DNA of 64,000 nt from Tubulanus polymorphus (lineage: Eukaryota; Animalia; Nemertea), in assembly GCF_964204645.1 (NCBI RefSeq), contig NC_134035.1:5208001-5272000 (forward strand), in the 5' to 3' direction. Both the position numbers and the translations under genes were made by a program. Numbering within the stretch: position 1 is the first letter of the stretch; every line of letters begins with the position of its first letter. This document shows positions 34,954-49,600 of this stretch, one piece after another. A model generated the notes under the pieces. That model had not been told where the DNA came from, made no database searches, and saw only the letters and a list, made by a program, of their open reading frames with translations.

Positions 34954-37900
34954 TTGAGTTGATTCTAGCTGCACCCAATAAAGACTTCATTGTCCAACTA
35001 GAAGATGGAGATGAGAGTATTGGTAAGAGTTTAGAAATAAGTTTTCTGCGGGAAATAGATTTTCAAAAAAACTTTTTAGACGCATTCTATTATATAACAT
35101 GCAGGTATATATAGGGAAAAAATAACTGTTTCTACTTGAAATATAAACGAAATAAGTATAATTAAAACTAATGCTTACAGAAACGACGATTTCCTTTTTA
35201 GATTGACTTTATAATCTATTTATTTTGAAAATTATTCTAAATGTCTTTAGCCGATAGTGAGATGGCCAGCATAGAGTCGGATCCTATGTGTTCTGGTAAT
35301 AAGTGTTCGGCATCCAAAGTGAAAATTGGCGACATGAACGTTCTTTCACTATCCGCTCCACAAGCGTAAGTGTAAGTTTAATTGGTATAACCCTAGGATT
35401 CGGTTTCCTGGATATATCTAATTAAATCTGTAATAAATCGAAATCAACGTTTCGTGTATAAAACCTTATAGCAGCGCATTTTATCAACACCAAAAGGTTG
35501 GCTAACAAACTGATGGCTGATAATTATGTAGTCGAACCGGACCAGGTTTATCTGCCGGCCCAGACTGCCCCGCCTTGTAACGTTCAAACAGGAGCTCCTT
35601 GGGTACGTTCGTAAAACTGCTTGGAATTACGGTTTTTAAGCGATAAAACTTCGTTAATTTTGACACGATTTATTGCGTATACAATGTCTATAACTTTAAG
35701 GGAATCGAAAGAACATCAGAACGGGATCTGGATATTGACGGGGTATACGAATACTCAGACGGTAAGATGATCCCTACTCCTATAATCGTTCGTTTATTTT
35801 TACCTATAAATCATTTTTCATTGATCCTAATAAATAACTTAATATTTACCCTTACAAACAACAATCTATGGTTATTATATAGTTATCATCCTAGTTAACC
35901 TTAACCTATAATCACCTCTTATTTCGGGTAGGACTCTGACATAGTAAAACTAAGCCATCACAGTCGTTGTCTACTATCCCCGGTGCCCTTCGTCCTGGCT
36001 TTGATTCCACTATGTTTAGACCCACTTCTCGATATCCATTCGTTATTCATCTTGATCTATAGCAAATACATAGAAAAATCATGTTTACGTTTGTTACACT
36101 CAGATCTCGGGGAAGGTGTCGATGTCTACGTTATCGACTCGTAAGTATAAATTGGAAATTCTTTCAAGAAATATTGTAAAATTTTATCGTAACTAGAACT
36201 GCAGGAAAATTTTCTGATTCTTCAGCGGAATTTTGACGACCCACGTTGACTTCCAGGATCCAGTAACGGGGATGAGTAGAGTTCGTTGGGTAAGAAAAAC
36301 ACGACGTATTAATAGAAAATATCATTAAAAACCTATTATCAAAGTATGTACATATTTTATCACTATATTCGATCTATTTTGTAATTCGCAGCAATGATGG
36401 TTCAATCTTATTTTAGGGTACAGATTTCGTCGACAAAAAGAATTCGCAAGAAACAGATTTTTTCGGACATGGCACCGGCATAGCAAGTAAGTTTTGTCTT
36501 GTATCACACTTATTTTCAAAAGCATTCTCAGTCGAAAAAAAACTGCAAATTTTTGCAAACCGATTATTCGTGTATATCGCTGTGCTTTGAAGTAGTAGCG
36601 TCGAGGGTGAAATCTTTGAATTGTTTGCTTCCTAAAAAGGTATCGCTATGGGAACGCAGTTCGGTTTAGCGAAGAGAGCTAACGCGGTTGCCGTACGTGT
36701 GTCAGACGAGAATGGCGTTGCCTTATCGTCATCGTTATTACGAGGTATCGGTTGGGTTATAGACGATCACGAGTCGAAACCCGATCCCAAAAAATCGGTT
36801 ATCAAGTGAGTACGGGCAATTATAACTACTAACCGCTATCTATCTAACTATCTTTTTACGGGACAAACTGACCAAGAATTTGCGCGCGTTTTTGTGACAT
36901 TAACATAGCGAATTTGTCACCTAATTTTTTACTTCTGATTTGAAATGTCTTCTGAAATACAGTGTGTCGTTGGGTGGACCGAGGTCGAATGTATTGAACA
37001 GGGCCGTACAGAAAGCGATTGATGCCGGTATTCTGTTCGTCGCGTCGGCAGGAAATAACGAAGCTGACGCCTGTGATTTCTCACCGGCCGGTGCGGTCAA
37101 TAGGTATCGAGCAAAGTTATTTCATCACTTATTCACATCTCCACTTGAAATTGTATAAGATGTGCTATGTGCACGACGCATTGGTCATATCGATATTACG
37201 AATGGTTTCCGAGGGCGTAAATCTGCCAACCTGTCTAATCTCTGAATTATTGTAGCATTACGACTGGATGCACGAAAATTGATGATGGTTTCTGCAATAT
37301 TACAAATTTTGGCGAATGCGTGAGGATTATGGCCCCAGGACGAGATATACCACTGGCGTTTATTCGTTCTGATACCGACACGGTTGAATTATCTGGTTTG
37401 TAGGCGCTTGAATTAAAACCCTTAGAATACGGCAATATCCCCTCAATGTACCGGAGTACTTTTGATGTAAAATGAGGGTTCCTCATTTGATGTTCATGTG
37501 CAGCCCTTTAAGTAACTAGGTCACGAAAATGTGCAAAAATAGCATTCTCAAAGTATAGTTCCAGACTGAAATCTATAATGTAATAATAATCATTTGAGAT
37601 ATTTGAGAGAACTCCTTGAAAGAAAGCGGCTTCGAATATTGTGGAAAACTCATTACCAAAACCATTTTAAGTACCCATGGCTTGTTGGTTATTATTTAGA
37701 TTAATTTTCGGTTACGGCTTTTACAGGAACGTCGTTTTCAGCGGCACATGTCGTGAGTATAGAATGTGTATAAAGCATTTGATTTTGAGAAAAATGCTGC
37801 AACACGTTATGTTTTGGTGAGATTAAATTTTGCTTCGTTATAGTCGGGAATGCTGGCGAAATACATCGGCGCGCAGTCGGAACCAGTGAGCCAATGTAGA

Positions 37901-38342
37901 GCCATCCAGTGGCTCCAGAACACGTAAGCGATTCATTCACGAAAAACCTCTGGAAAAAACATTTTTGGCACAAATTTGTGACATGCCCATCAGTTCGATA
38001 CGTATAATGGTGGTTATTCTGATATTTTCACAATATTTTCTGCTAACTGTTGGTTTTCCATTAATTAGTATTTTGGAGACTATTTTTGTATATTCATATA
38101 AAAATTAGACTTTAAATCTGTTCTATTTTGTCTTCGTGCAGCCTTATCCAGTTGCCTAGAAGATTCTACTTTTTTACGTGAACTACACGTTGTAAACACA
38201 TAGATATAAATCTATCTTACGAACGAAAAGCTTTTTTGTTTCTACTTGTTTCAGTGCTACGGTGGACAAGGTCAACGATCTTCCAGCCGAAACTCCGAAT
38301 CTACTTCTTTACAATGATTGCACCGGCGACGGCTGTCATTGA
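34954..38342 (+). CDS. Proteinase K/aqualysin-like subtilase (peptidase S8A) paralog 1; at least 13 short exons, first exon not identified
   Basis: Spliced motifs GAPW|GIERTSERDL, VDVYVIDS|GI (Asp), FGHGTGIA (His), ASAGN (oxyanion Asn), DACDFSPA, TNFGECVRIMAPG, GTSFSAAHV (Ser), TPNLLLY...*. Confidence 0.88.
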
Positions 38343-38707
38343 ACATATCCATCAAAGTCGTGATGTATTCTCGTTACAACACCATGTTGACGGGCATATT
38401 TCTACAAAACTATACTCTGTATAGGAGCAAAGCCTGAAGCTGGCCTAGCAAAAACTATAACAGAAACAAATCAAATTCGCAAAATACATGATTAAAAATC
38501 AAGGACATCTTGATAGCATCTACAAGAGAACTGTATAACACGCGGAGCATGCAAAATTGTACAGGTAGTCACACGTACAGGCAACTTCTAATAATTGGAT
38601 CACAAATTAGCTTTTAAATCGAATTAATCTTACGGCGAAATTTTGTCGTTTTGCATTAACGACGAGATATATAAGATAGGATTATGCCCGTTAACATGGC
38701 CGACCGA

Positions 38708-39265
38708 TGACGTCACGTATACGATTTATCCCGATCCGATCGTTTTACAAAGATCGTTTAATGGGATTGATTATCAATAAAATCATGGCTTCAAAAAGAA
38801 ATCGAGTTAAATTGTTGAATTTGAATACAAATCCAGGAATCTTGTTTTACGATTCAGAGAAATAGGCAAAACCCGCAATCTTACCTTTCACTTGAGGCAT
38901 TGGTTTCAAGGAAAAGTTCGCTCAATTTTCTCCAATCAGGGCCACGAGTGACGAGCGATCCTTCGAGACTGACCTTCACCTTCCACTGACGTCATCACTC
39001 CCGCGGCTAAAAGAGGTATAACATGCAATCTATTCAACTGATCTCATTGATATTTGACTGCGGGGATTTCGAAATGAAATAAGATTCTCAAACAGCCGTT
39101 GTTTTTCAAATTTTTATAAGATAATAGAAATAATAACAACGTTGCTTCGTGTCACGAATTTTCGATTATTCGGACGTCAAATGAGCCATTTGCATAAACT
39201 ACGCTGCTGGCCGTTTCCTTATCTTCGCTGTTTAATTGTTTCGTGATAATGTAGTTTCTATAAAA
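38708..39265 (+). promoter_or_regulatory. Probable promoter of subtilase paralog 2: CRE sites TGACGTCA (38708, 38987), GATA site (~39218), TATAAAA (39259)
   Basis: Exact motifs; TATA ~50 bp upstream of the ATG at 39310. Confidence 0.45.
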
Positions 39266-39309
39266 GCCCGGCTCCTTTTTTTATTCAATCTTACTCAAAA
39301 CTGGCAATC

Positions 39310-42300
39310 ATGAACAACTCCCTGTTGATCGTAGCTTTAGTAGCATGTTTATTTACGGGTAAGTAACTCGAAAGACAGTTCGCTTCGAAAGCAGATATTT
39401 TAGTTTTAAGTGTATTTATCAGTAAATCACGCCGACACATTTACCTACTCCTTGTTGTATACTATTGTTTATGACTTCGCATTAAATGATTTCCTAAGAA
39501 ATGTTTCCTACCGTTTTGAAGTCGGTCTGGTCTTCGGTAAGAATGATAAGGGCATTGGCCATTTTATTGTTGAAATCGACGACGGTCTTCCAGATGACGC
39601 AGGTAAGTTATTCGAAATAGATAAAGTATCTCCGTGATGTTTTTATCCAGAAACCTGCTGAAAATAAGCACGAACACTCGAATTATTCTTCCTATTCATC
39701 GATAGAATGAATGTTATCTGAATTAATTCGACTAGAAATAATTTCGCCTTGTCTTCCTTTCCGATCATCACGAAAGGGGATGAAATAAAAAATGACGAGT
39801 CGTGCCGAGGGAACAAATGTGAAACGCGTAAATTGGATATTGATGATATGAAAGTATTTGAGGTGAAGGGGCCAAAATCGTAAGTACCTATGCGTCCAAA
39901 TTTGCTCGTGATTGCTTAGCTCTCAGGCCCGTTCGCAGAGTCTACTTTAGGTGGCTGTATATTCAGATATGACGAAACTTATTTGACGGCAGAGCCGGCA
40001 ATAGCGAGCGCTATAGCAGGCGCCAAGCTCCCTGCGGGGGGGCCTCCCCATGAAACTTTTGCAAATTTGAAGCGTTTTAGAGACAGTTCCAGCAAATATT
40101 AGTAAATATTTCATATGATAAAGTCGCTGAAACACTATAGTGTTTCAGTGACTTTCAATTTATTGGATTACGCATTATAATGCGTAATCCAATAAGTTTT
40201 CTTTGACAGTGGAACTCAGGATCTTGTGGGGAGGTGTGTTTGCACCAAACGCAGCCCCTATGGGGTACGGGCCTGCAATCCTCGAAAAAAACAAAGTTAT
40301 TTTCGATCGTGCCTTAATATTCACACTTGTACTGACTTAAATTTAATGAAGGTTAAAAAACAAAAATCGTAAGGATTTCTACGTTGAAGAAGTTCAGGAA
40401 TTCAAGGCGACTGGATTTTCTTGCAAAACACAGTCAAACGCGCCGTGGGTACGTGCAATCTTGTAAACGTTCTGTTACTCTTTATAAACGTTTAAAGTAA
40501 AATTCGCAAACTGCTTTGAAAATTTCCAGGGGTTGGAAAGGATATCGAAACGGGATCTGGATATACAAGGATACTACAATTATTCAGAAAGTACGTTACA
40601 TGCGCTTTATTACAAAAATGTTATGAAAATCACAGTAACCGTATCACAGGGTTCGTTCCCTCTTGAGCATGTTATTGAAATGATAGCCGCGATCACACGA
40701 GCGTCGGACCAGGCTCGAGCCAAATTCTAACACGAGACAAATGATTGCTTTCATTTGCGACTGGTACCGGAATTGATCCCGCTTCGCTTTGTTTGAGCAT
40801 TTTTTAGTATCGAGTGAGTGGTTTGCGTGTGAGCGCACTCTCTAATTAGGCACGAGCCAAATGTGACCGCGGCTATCATCTAAACACGAGCTGCAGTTGC
40901 TGAAAAGTTGGTTAAAGATAACCGGTGGATAAATACCATAACGAACTTTCTATGTCAACTATCAACTGCTTAACTCACACTAACTTCTCAGCAACAGACC
41001 CAATATCAAAACCGGTGATATGAATGGGACGATACATTTATGCAAGTAGTAAATCAATAAATTTCTTTTTTTCAATTGAGTTTATTACTTTTTGTCTACA
41101 GATATCGGAACAGATGTTGATATTTACATCATCGATTCGTAAGTTGAAATGTATTAGTCGGCAATAATTCCAAACAGAAAGGATGAATGAGTCCGAGAGA
41201 CCACTCCCCCTTATGTACATCTGCTTGATTATCTCCTTTATACGATTAAAAATCATATCGAATATTATTCGCGAACACGCTTTCGTAGTTATCTATGCTA
41301 ATGTTTGTGTATAGAGATTTAGTTTTTTCTAATAATATTTTAAGAGGGATTCGTGCCAGCCACGACGAGTTCAAGGGACAAGATGGTGTCACTCGGATAC
41401 AACAGGTAGGGATTTCTCAAAATAGATGTTTGTTCGAGCACGGTCCACATATTTACAATTTGACTCCACGTTCAAATATATTGAAGTTCAGGCTCAGTTT
41501 CTAATATCTTTCTATTTCTATTATGTTTCTAATATCTAAAGATATCGTGTTTTAAAGGGAAGAAACTATGCCGATGATTCTCCTGATGACTATTTCGGAC
41601 ACGGAACCGCTTTGGCAGGTAAACAACTTGTCAAACAACTTGTTTCATTGATCGAAACCTCTATCATGCAGGCATGAGTCGATACACAATATCCGTGTAT
41701 GATGAATAAACGCGAGAAATCCCGCGATAATTCAGCAAAAAAAAACATATACATTTGAGCGACGATTCGGCTAAAAACTATTAGCCATCATCAAAGAACT
41801 TTGGCTGAATCATTATCATTACTAGCATAACGAGGAACGTGAGGAATTTTAAAAAAATACAAAGCGTTCCGAAACGCCAAAGTTTTCTGATCTGAGTTTC
41901 TCAGTATCTACACTGGTTTACGTACAATCCGTTTCCAGCTTGCTTTTCCAGCTGTTGCAGGAAACCGCTCGTCAAAACGCCTAAACATTGGGCCCCGAGC
42001 AGGAAATTACTGGCTGGAAAGGCGGTCGTGAAAATGTTTGCCGCGGCGGTTTCCAGCTCTGCCCCCAAAAACGCTCGCGAAAGCCAGCCTTAAGAACGAC
42101 GAAAATACCTCTTTCGCAAGAATCATTTCCTACGCACTTGAGTCACGTTGTCACCTATCTTGTTTACAATTACTTTTGATGAAAAACTATTTCGAAAACT
42201 TATCATATGTTTGATATTTCACACATTTCAGGTTCATAATCAATAAATAATCCAATTAACTAATACAACTAAATTAAAAATATAATTTCAATTACTTTCT

Positions 42301-44153
42301 CTGTGCTTTACTACTATTGTTTTCCGGTCTTCGTTTTTAATAACTTTAATCTGTGTATTCAACTTTTAATCATTCACTTAGTTCCTTTGTTACATTTCTG
42401 TATAAATATCTTGTCAATCCATTCTGATTCAGTACGCCTGATGATGATGGCTAAAAGCTTTTAGCCGAAACGTCGCTCAAATATATATATACATTTCTAT
42501 TCAAGAACTTGCATTTTTTTGCTTAAATATTGCGGGATTCCTCGCCTTTTTCTGCATACCCCCGTAACGCTTGCTTATTTCATACATATTATAGGCCTAT
42601 TTTGTGAAATAAGTAGCTTATTTCTTGCACGAATCATTTTTCTGATTGATTTCCGATCGTTCATTTATCAGGTATAGCTTTGGGTAGATTTTTCGGTGTC
42701 GCGAAAAACGCGAACGGGATTGCTGTGAAAGTGCTGGCCGCCGATGGTATCGGTTCAACGATATCGGTTGTATCCGGTATAGGATGGGCGATCAGAAACC
42801 ACAGAGAAAAACAGCGAAACAACCCAAACGTACAGAAGTCAATTATTAAGTAATATACGCGGAAAGGATTTCCTATTATCAAATTTTACTATTTCTTCAT
42901 CCTTCTCTTAAGCCTAAAACGGTTTGAATTGCTGTCCTCATTGAAAACATGTAGTAACCAATAGCAATTACACCAAATATTTTAGTTAAACTTTTTCGTG
43001 AAACTGGGCTCCAGAACCCGGTATATCACCGATGGTCCAAATTGGCCGGCGAAGCTAACTGACAAAATCTTAGTTTAAATAGAAAGTGTTTATGATCCAC
43101 CATTCTTGGTCAGGATATTTTTTTCTTTCGTTTTATCTCAGTTTATCAGTGGGAGGCCCGCAATCTAAGATTTTAGATAATTCGGTAAGAAAAGCGATTA
43201 ATGCCGGCATCGTTGTCGTAGGAGCGGCTGGAAACGAGAAGATGGACGCTTGTTCATATTCACCGGCGAGCGCCCCGGATATGTACGTACATTCTCTGAA
43301 AATCCGAAATATATCAAACCAACTATACCGGAGTATAGGCAGTGTATAATAGAATGTCCTAAAAATGTCAAGTTGCCCTGAGACCTTGTGCAAAAATAAA
43401 AAATATCAAACTGATACCCAAAAACTAAAAAGTTTAAATCAATAACCACCTGGCATCAAGTTTTAGAAAATCCCAATTTAACAAAATGTGACTGTTGGGA
43501 ACGAGAAACAACTAAAACGATGAATCATACGGAGCTCTTCTTTCTAGAATAAGCGTCGGTTGCAGCGATATTAACGATACTCTATGCCGTTTCACCAACT
43601 ATGGATCGTGCGTTACAATACTGGCTCCCGGATTAGACATCCCTTCAGCATCCAATGTTGCTGACGACCATTCTAGCTTTTGGGACGGTATGTATGTAAA
43701 ATTTCTCGGGGAGGAATAGAACCGAGATGAAATAACACTCAAATTACTGTTGTTGATTGTCTTATTGTCGTTGTTTTAGGAACATCCATGTCTTCGCCGC
43801 ATGTCGTAAGTATTATACCCGTCAACCTAATCGTTTTCACGACGAGTATTGTCTGATGTTTTTTCAGAATATTCACTTAAAATTGACGCTACAAAAATGC
43901 TTCCTCACAGGTGGGTATACTCGCAAAATACATGGGAGCGATTTCGGGATCGGTTTCACAGGACGACGCGAAAGAATGGCTGAAAACCACGTAAATATCA
44001 ACTATCTTAGCCAAATTTTATCAATTTCATCGCTTTTCCTATTTTCCATTTTTTTCAAATTCTAAATCTTTAAATTTCAGCGCCACAACTCTCGAATCCA
44101 TACCGGCAGATAAACCGAATTTATTGGCATTCAACGACTGCGAGTCAGCCTGA
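39310..44153 (+). CDS. Secreted proteinase K/aqualysin-like subtilase (S8A) paralog 2; 14 exons
   Basis: Signal peptide MNNSLLIVALVACLFT; NAPW|GLERISKRDL, VDIYIIDS|GI, FGHGTALA, GVAKNA, GAAGN, DACSYSPASAP, TNYGSCVTILAPG, GTSMSSPHV, KPNLLAF...*; intron positions match paralog 1. Confidence 0.92.
40680..40880. mobile_element. MITE with ATGATAGCCGCG(A/G)TCACA TIRs
   Basis: Terminal inverted match at both ends. Confidence 0.6.
41690..42555. mobile_element. Penelope-like remnant: inverted ends (41690-41795 / 42435-42555) carrying hammerhead-like motifs
   Basis: Inverted similarity; CTGATGA-(TGA)-TGGCTAAAAGCTTTTAGCC-GAAACGTC at ~42438-42474. Confidence 0.55.
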
Positions 44154-45244
44154 AGAGAATTTGCTGAAGTTTGCTGAAATTTGCTGAAGTTAAAGATTGC
44201 GGCAATTCCAAAATAAAAGATTTTCTCTAAATAAAACCGTGTTTGAATATGTTGCTCTTCACGACAGTCCCTGGATCCTTCCTCACAACACCCCTTTACC
44301 CGTGATCGTCCAACTGGCTAAAATAAAATGATACCTTGTTTCTCCTAATCGGCTGCTCATTTCGTAAACTATAAAAATTTGTAATCTGAGTTCATTTTCT
44401 ACAACTGTTACGGTTAGCTCGGGGTCCGGTCGAATCAACTTTCATTAGCGCAGCAGAAAAAAGAAGCAAGGTATGAATTTTCTAGCCTTACAAGAATAAG
44501 GATTGAAAAACTTACTTATCAGCAGAGGAATTACAACAGTCTTTCGTTCGTCCTGGTCCTACGTACCTTCTCTTCATAACCATGAATTTACATGAATACA
44601 GAAATCCGCTAGGCGTCAAGCTTTCTATCATTCTGGGGCCAGTTGCTCAAAGGTTGGTTAGAGTTAACCCGTGGAAAGTTGAGATAGTGACAATTAAAAG
44701 TTCATCGTTACTATGGTAATTATCCACTTTCGAGCAACTGGGTCCAGATGAACCACAGCCTTGTGTTTTCTATTGTGAATACTTCATGTATAGCCAGACG
44801 GGAAGCTAAACTTCAACAGTAGGAGAATACCTTCTGTTATTCCACTGATGCTGGTAAAGAATGAACTCAATTCTCTTTCCATACAGTCGTGTTCGTCACT
44901 TACAAATAACACGACAATGCGAGTTGAAGCTTATAGTTTGTTGCAGCAATATATTATCATATATTCAGTTCATTATCGTGACATCATACAAAATAAAGTA
45001 ATCCAGCTCTAAATTCTTAACAGTCAAAAATAAAACACAGCTATCAACATCATTTCAATCAACTGACTTACATGAACTCAATAGTTCCGACTCGAAAAGT
45101 TGGGGCTCATTTGAAAAATATCTATGATGCCAAGTGATGATTTTACGTCATTTCGAACATGAACTGAACGATGAAAGTATTTCTTTATGAAGGTACTTAA
45201 TGTTCAGTCAATTTACCCCACGTTACGTATTTCAGGGTGAAATA

Positions 45245-45421
45245 ATCTAAGAACCTCGTTATAACGAACTCGCATACAACAATTGATCGATTATTACAAA
45301 CCTAGAATTTTGTCCCAAATAGAAAAATTTCAATCATTTCATACTGGATAAAATGAAATATCGGTTATGACGAACATATTTTCTGGTCCGCCGAAGTTTG
45401 TCGTAACGAGGTTCCACTGTA
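45245..45421. mobile_element. Tc1/pogo (Tigger-like) MITE; a similar type lies at ~45961-46113
   Basis: GAACCTCGTTATAACGAAC ... CGTAACGAGGTTCCACTGTA; TACAGTAGAAC ... GCTCTACCGTA. Confidence 0.55.
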
Positions 45422-45745
45422 GTTTTTCATCATCGAAATGCAGGCAACAGAACACATTCTTACAGTTCTGCTACCATTACCATAATGAGTAGTCAACTAA
45501 AATGAGATAATTCGGTAGTAGCAACTGGTGAGAATGATAGCAGGAGCCAGTTGCTCAAAAGTTGGTTTAAATCGTCAGTCAACTATCCACTGGTTAACTC
45601 TAACCAATTCGCGAGCAACAGCAGCCCCTGCTGTTTAATCATGTGTTCAATTTACAAGTGTGGTTGATTTTTCCGAGTATTTCGTTCTGGCGTTTTTCGT
45701 AGAAACAAACAAACAAACTAACAAACAAACAAATATGCTTTAGAA

Positions 45746-45877
<132 letters not shown>

Positions 45878-46664
45878 CACATTGAGTAATGTCACATTTT
45901 TTTCCAACAAAGAATTAAACTACGCAAAGAAAAAACATGTTTCAGACTGCAAATACGAAATACAGTAGAACTTGTTTAATCCAGATGGCTAGGGACTGTG
46001 CAGATTTCTCTGAATTAAGTCAAATCTTAATTACGAATTCAATAATGATAGTTCACGTGGTTCCAGGTTAAATGGACCAGATACTTCATCTGAATTAAGC
46101 GAGCTCTACCGTATTACAACAGTTTTATACTTTTCAGAAAAAACGAATGAATTCTGAATCGAATTCCATTGATTTAGAATGTATGCCACACACTTCTGTT
46201 ATTTAGCGAGCATTACCACCTCAGACTCCCAGATTCAATATATACCTAACACTTCGACGTTTTACGTGCAATCTGTACAAACAATACATTTTCATTTTCA
46301 ACTGAAATTTCTCTTATATTCAACATAAAGTTTCTAGCACTGGAATACTCGCACATTGGAAACGTTCAATGCATAAATCTCAATTATATAGCATCGTCAT
46401 GTATTATAAATTGCATACAAAGTATACAGACAAAATTGTTCTGGATTGCGACCAGTTCCACAGTTATGAGTTGAAAATCAACGTTGAAGGTAAATCTAAC
46501 ACTAGAGTGTCAATTCGAATTCACAACTGTAAAACTTAGCTCAAACTTGACTTGTAGTCAAGGCATCGTACGTGGGGAAAAAACGGTTAAGTCAGGATTG
46601 AGGAAAACAAACACCGAGTGGCGAGAAGAGTTATCGAAACACTGTCCAGTGTTCGTACGTATTG

Positions 46665-49600
46665 CTACGTACAATCCATTTGTTGTTTCGTTACGATCGT
46701 TTCATCGCTGCTCGCACGACCGGCGGTGGCGCCTTCTGTCGTACTGATTTGCGAATCAACGACGTTGTCCTGTTCTGCTTCGTCATCGTCGATCGGTGGC
46801 TCCGACGCCGTCGGTGATGTGATCACAATTTGAACGGGAGATTCGCGAGACGGCATGTTCGCGGCTACAGCAGCAGCAGTGTCTAGTGTATTGTTATTGA
46901 TCTGATCAGACTGACTGTCCATCTAGAAAACATAAGCATCAACATCAATCAATTGTATTACAACATAATTTCTCATAGTCTCTGAATTCTTGTTATTCAT
47001 TAGCTATTCGCTATTTCCGCGGACCCAGTTGTTTTCAGTGGCATTGGAAGTGCACCGACTGCAGCGGCGAGCGGCAATAATTTACTGAATGACGTTTTTT
47101 TTTCCTTGGATACCACGTTTTTGAAGAAATTAAGTCTATTCGCCGCGGCAATATTAAGAATCTGTCCAAAATCGGCATTTCGCCGCAGCAATAAAACATT
47201 GCTTCCAACGCGCCTGGTTTTCATTCCCACTGTTTTGAGCCTCAAATACAAACTCACAACGCGAAGAAAATTGATCTGACACTATCGCTACTAAGGATTT
47301 CTAACTATCCGAACTCCCTACCCATGATCTAATCTTAATTAGTAATAAGTAGCAGTGGCCGCGACTCAGTGGTTGTAATAATTAGTCTCATGAAACCGGA
47401 GCCCGAAATACCTGATCTTGTTCCTCTTCCTCTTCCTGTATAGTCTCGTCGATACTCTGAGCGAACAGCTTTAACATCTCCGCGTGGCTGTTAGTCGTAT
47501 TCGCCGCAGTCGCCGCAGATGAGCTGTCCTCGTCTAGTACTGTATAACCGGGACCGACGCGTTTAAACGCGCCGTGACGCGTCGTAGACTTATCCACGTG
47601 ACTCGTGCGTACTTCCTCTAACGTGCGATCGTGCGTCGCCGGTTCCACGTCCATCACTTCCTCCGGATCCTCAACAATCGCGTCCGGGTGGAATTGATGC
47701 GCCAGCTCGTGGAATCGACCGGCCACACCCGCGCCGCCGCCGCGAGATTTCAACTCGTTACGCGGCAGCAAATCCTGCGGCATTCGAGTATCCTCGGTCA
47801 TCGAATGACCTTGACCCGAGAACGGAACGTGGTGATGTTGCGACACGCCGGAGCTGCCACTGGCGAGCGTATGAATATGTTCGTCGCTGTGACTCGCTGT
47901 AATATATCTCTGAGCAGCTTCCGTCAATAAACGGCCTTTTAACACTTTATCCTCGATGCCGGGTTCGACCGGGAAATGTCCGTGCGGCTCGAGACACAGC
48001 TCCAATCTCTCATCCGTTTTATTAAATCGGAAAACCTGTGCGATATCGAACAAAGAACATGTGAACGCAAATTCGAAAATTAAATCGAAATTTCTGGTAG
48101 CATATTCACCTTTCCAGGTAGAGTAGGGAGGGTACAGTGTTTGCCGTCTGCTAGTCCGAGGTCGCGTTCGACTTGTTGGTAAAACGGTCCACCGACTGAG
48201 AACAGATGCGGCATGCCTTGTACGTGAGTCCACAGATCGCGTCCAGCGAGAGTCGATAACAATTCTAATGATTTGATACTCATATCAATACTGTCTGTAG
48301 TTCCTTATGAAATACAAAAAAACATTCACATCTTTTACGAAAACTACAATTTGTCTCTAAGGCTACCTGCCAACTTCTATAAAGTACAATAGTACAATGA
48401 AATGCTTTTAGTAACATTCCGTTCAAAATTGAATGAAAATATTCTTCAAAATAGACAGTAATCAAAGGGGAAAAGACCCTCAGTAACATCTTTCATAATT
48501 CTACTCAAAACAGTCAGTAGTCGAGTGGGTAAGACACAACTTTCAAATTTCTGTTCAAAGCAAGCAGTAACCAAGGGGGAGGGAACCTCAGTAACATCTT
48601 TCAAATTTTTGTTCAAATCAATGAGTAATCAAAGAGGGTAAGACCCTCAGTAACAACTTTCATATTTTGTGCAAAACTCAATCAGTAATCAATGGGGTAT
48701 TTCTCAGGGAAAGTGAACATTATAGGATTTCTATAAGCGATAGAAGACTGGTGGTATGAGACAGACGGGTTTAACAAATATACAAACCTCGCACATTAGC
48801 CAACCGATCGAGGCCATCTAATAGTTGGTCGGCTGTATGACTGTGGGCGTCCGGTTCGAACATACCCCACGAGTGACGCGCAGGAGCGATCGGTTTCCGC
48901 AGAGTCGACGGGTTTAAACCTAAACAACAAATACACACTAACCGGTATATACACGTACAGCAGGGAACATCGCAAACTATGACATCTAAATAACATCTAA
49001 TAATATCATAAACAGTCAGTAAGCAGAAACATCGATTCATAAAGCACGTTACAGGTATTCAAGGATTTATCATTAGCTACAGCTCACCGGTATCTACGGC
49101 TAAATCTTGTTCCATTTTCAAGCTACGCGTCGGTGCCGGCACTTTTTTTATCTCGACGAGAATCTTATCGCCGTGTTTCAACGCAAGTGGTTTGCTTTCG
49201 TCGTCCGACGTCGGCGGCGTCAGATCCTGTGGCGGAAATCCGTAACGAACTCGCTGATTCTCGGCCGGAATGTTCAATTCTTTAGTAATTCGTTCTTGAA
49301 GCATCGAATACGTTAAATCAACGTCTAATGACAACATTACCTGAAAACGACAAGATAGAAAATACATCGAAACTTGGAATAGAAAACATGAAGGAACTGA
49401 TATAAGCAATTTAGGGTAAAAAAATTGATACCTTGTTTCTCATTTCTGCTGAGCCTATAAGTTGTACATCACTTTTTTTTAAATCATGATTTAACAAACC
49501 ATTACAAACCTGACAGCTATAGAAAGGAACTGATTAGTAATTCTATTGCAGTTTACAAAATGACCAGCCGATTAGGAGAAACAAGGTATCATCATTTCCT

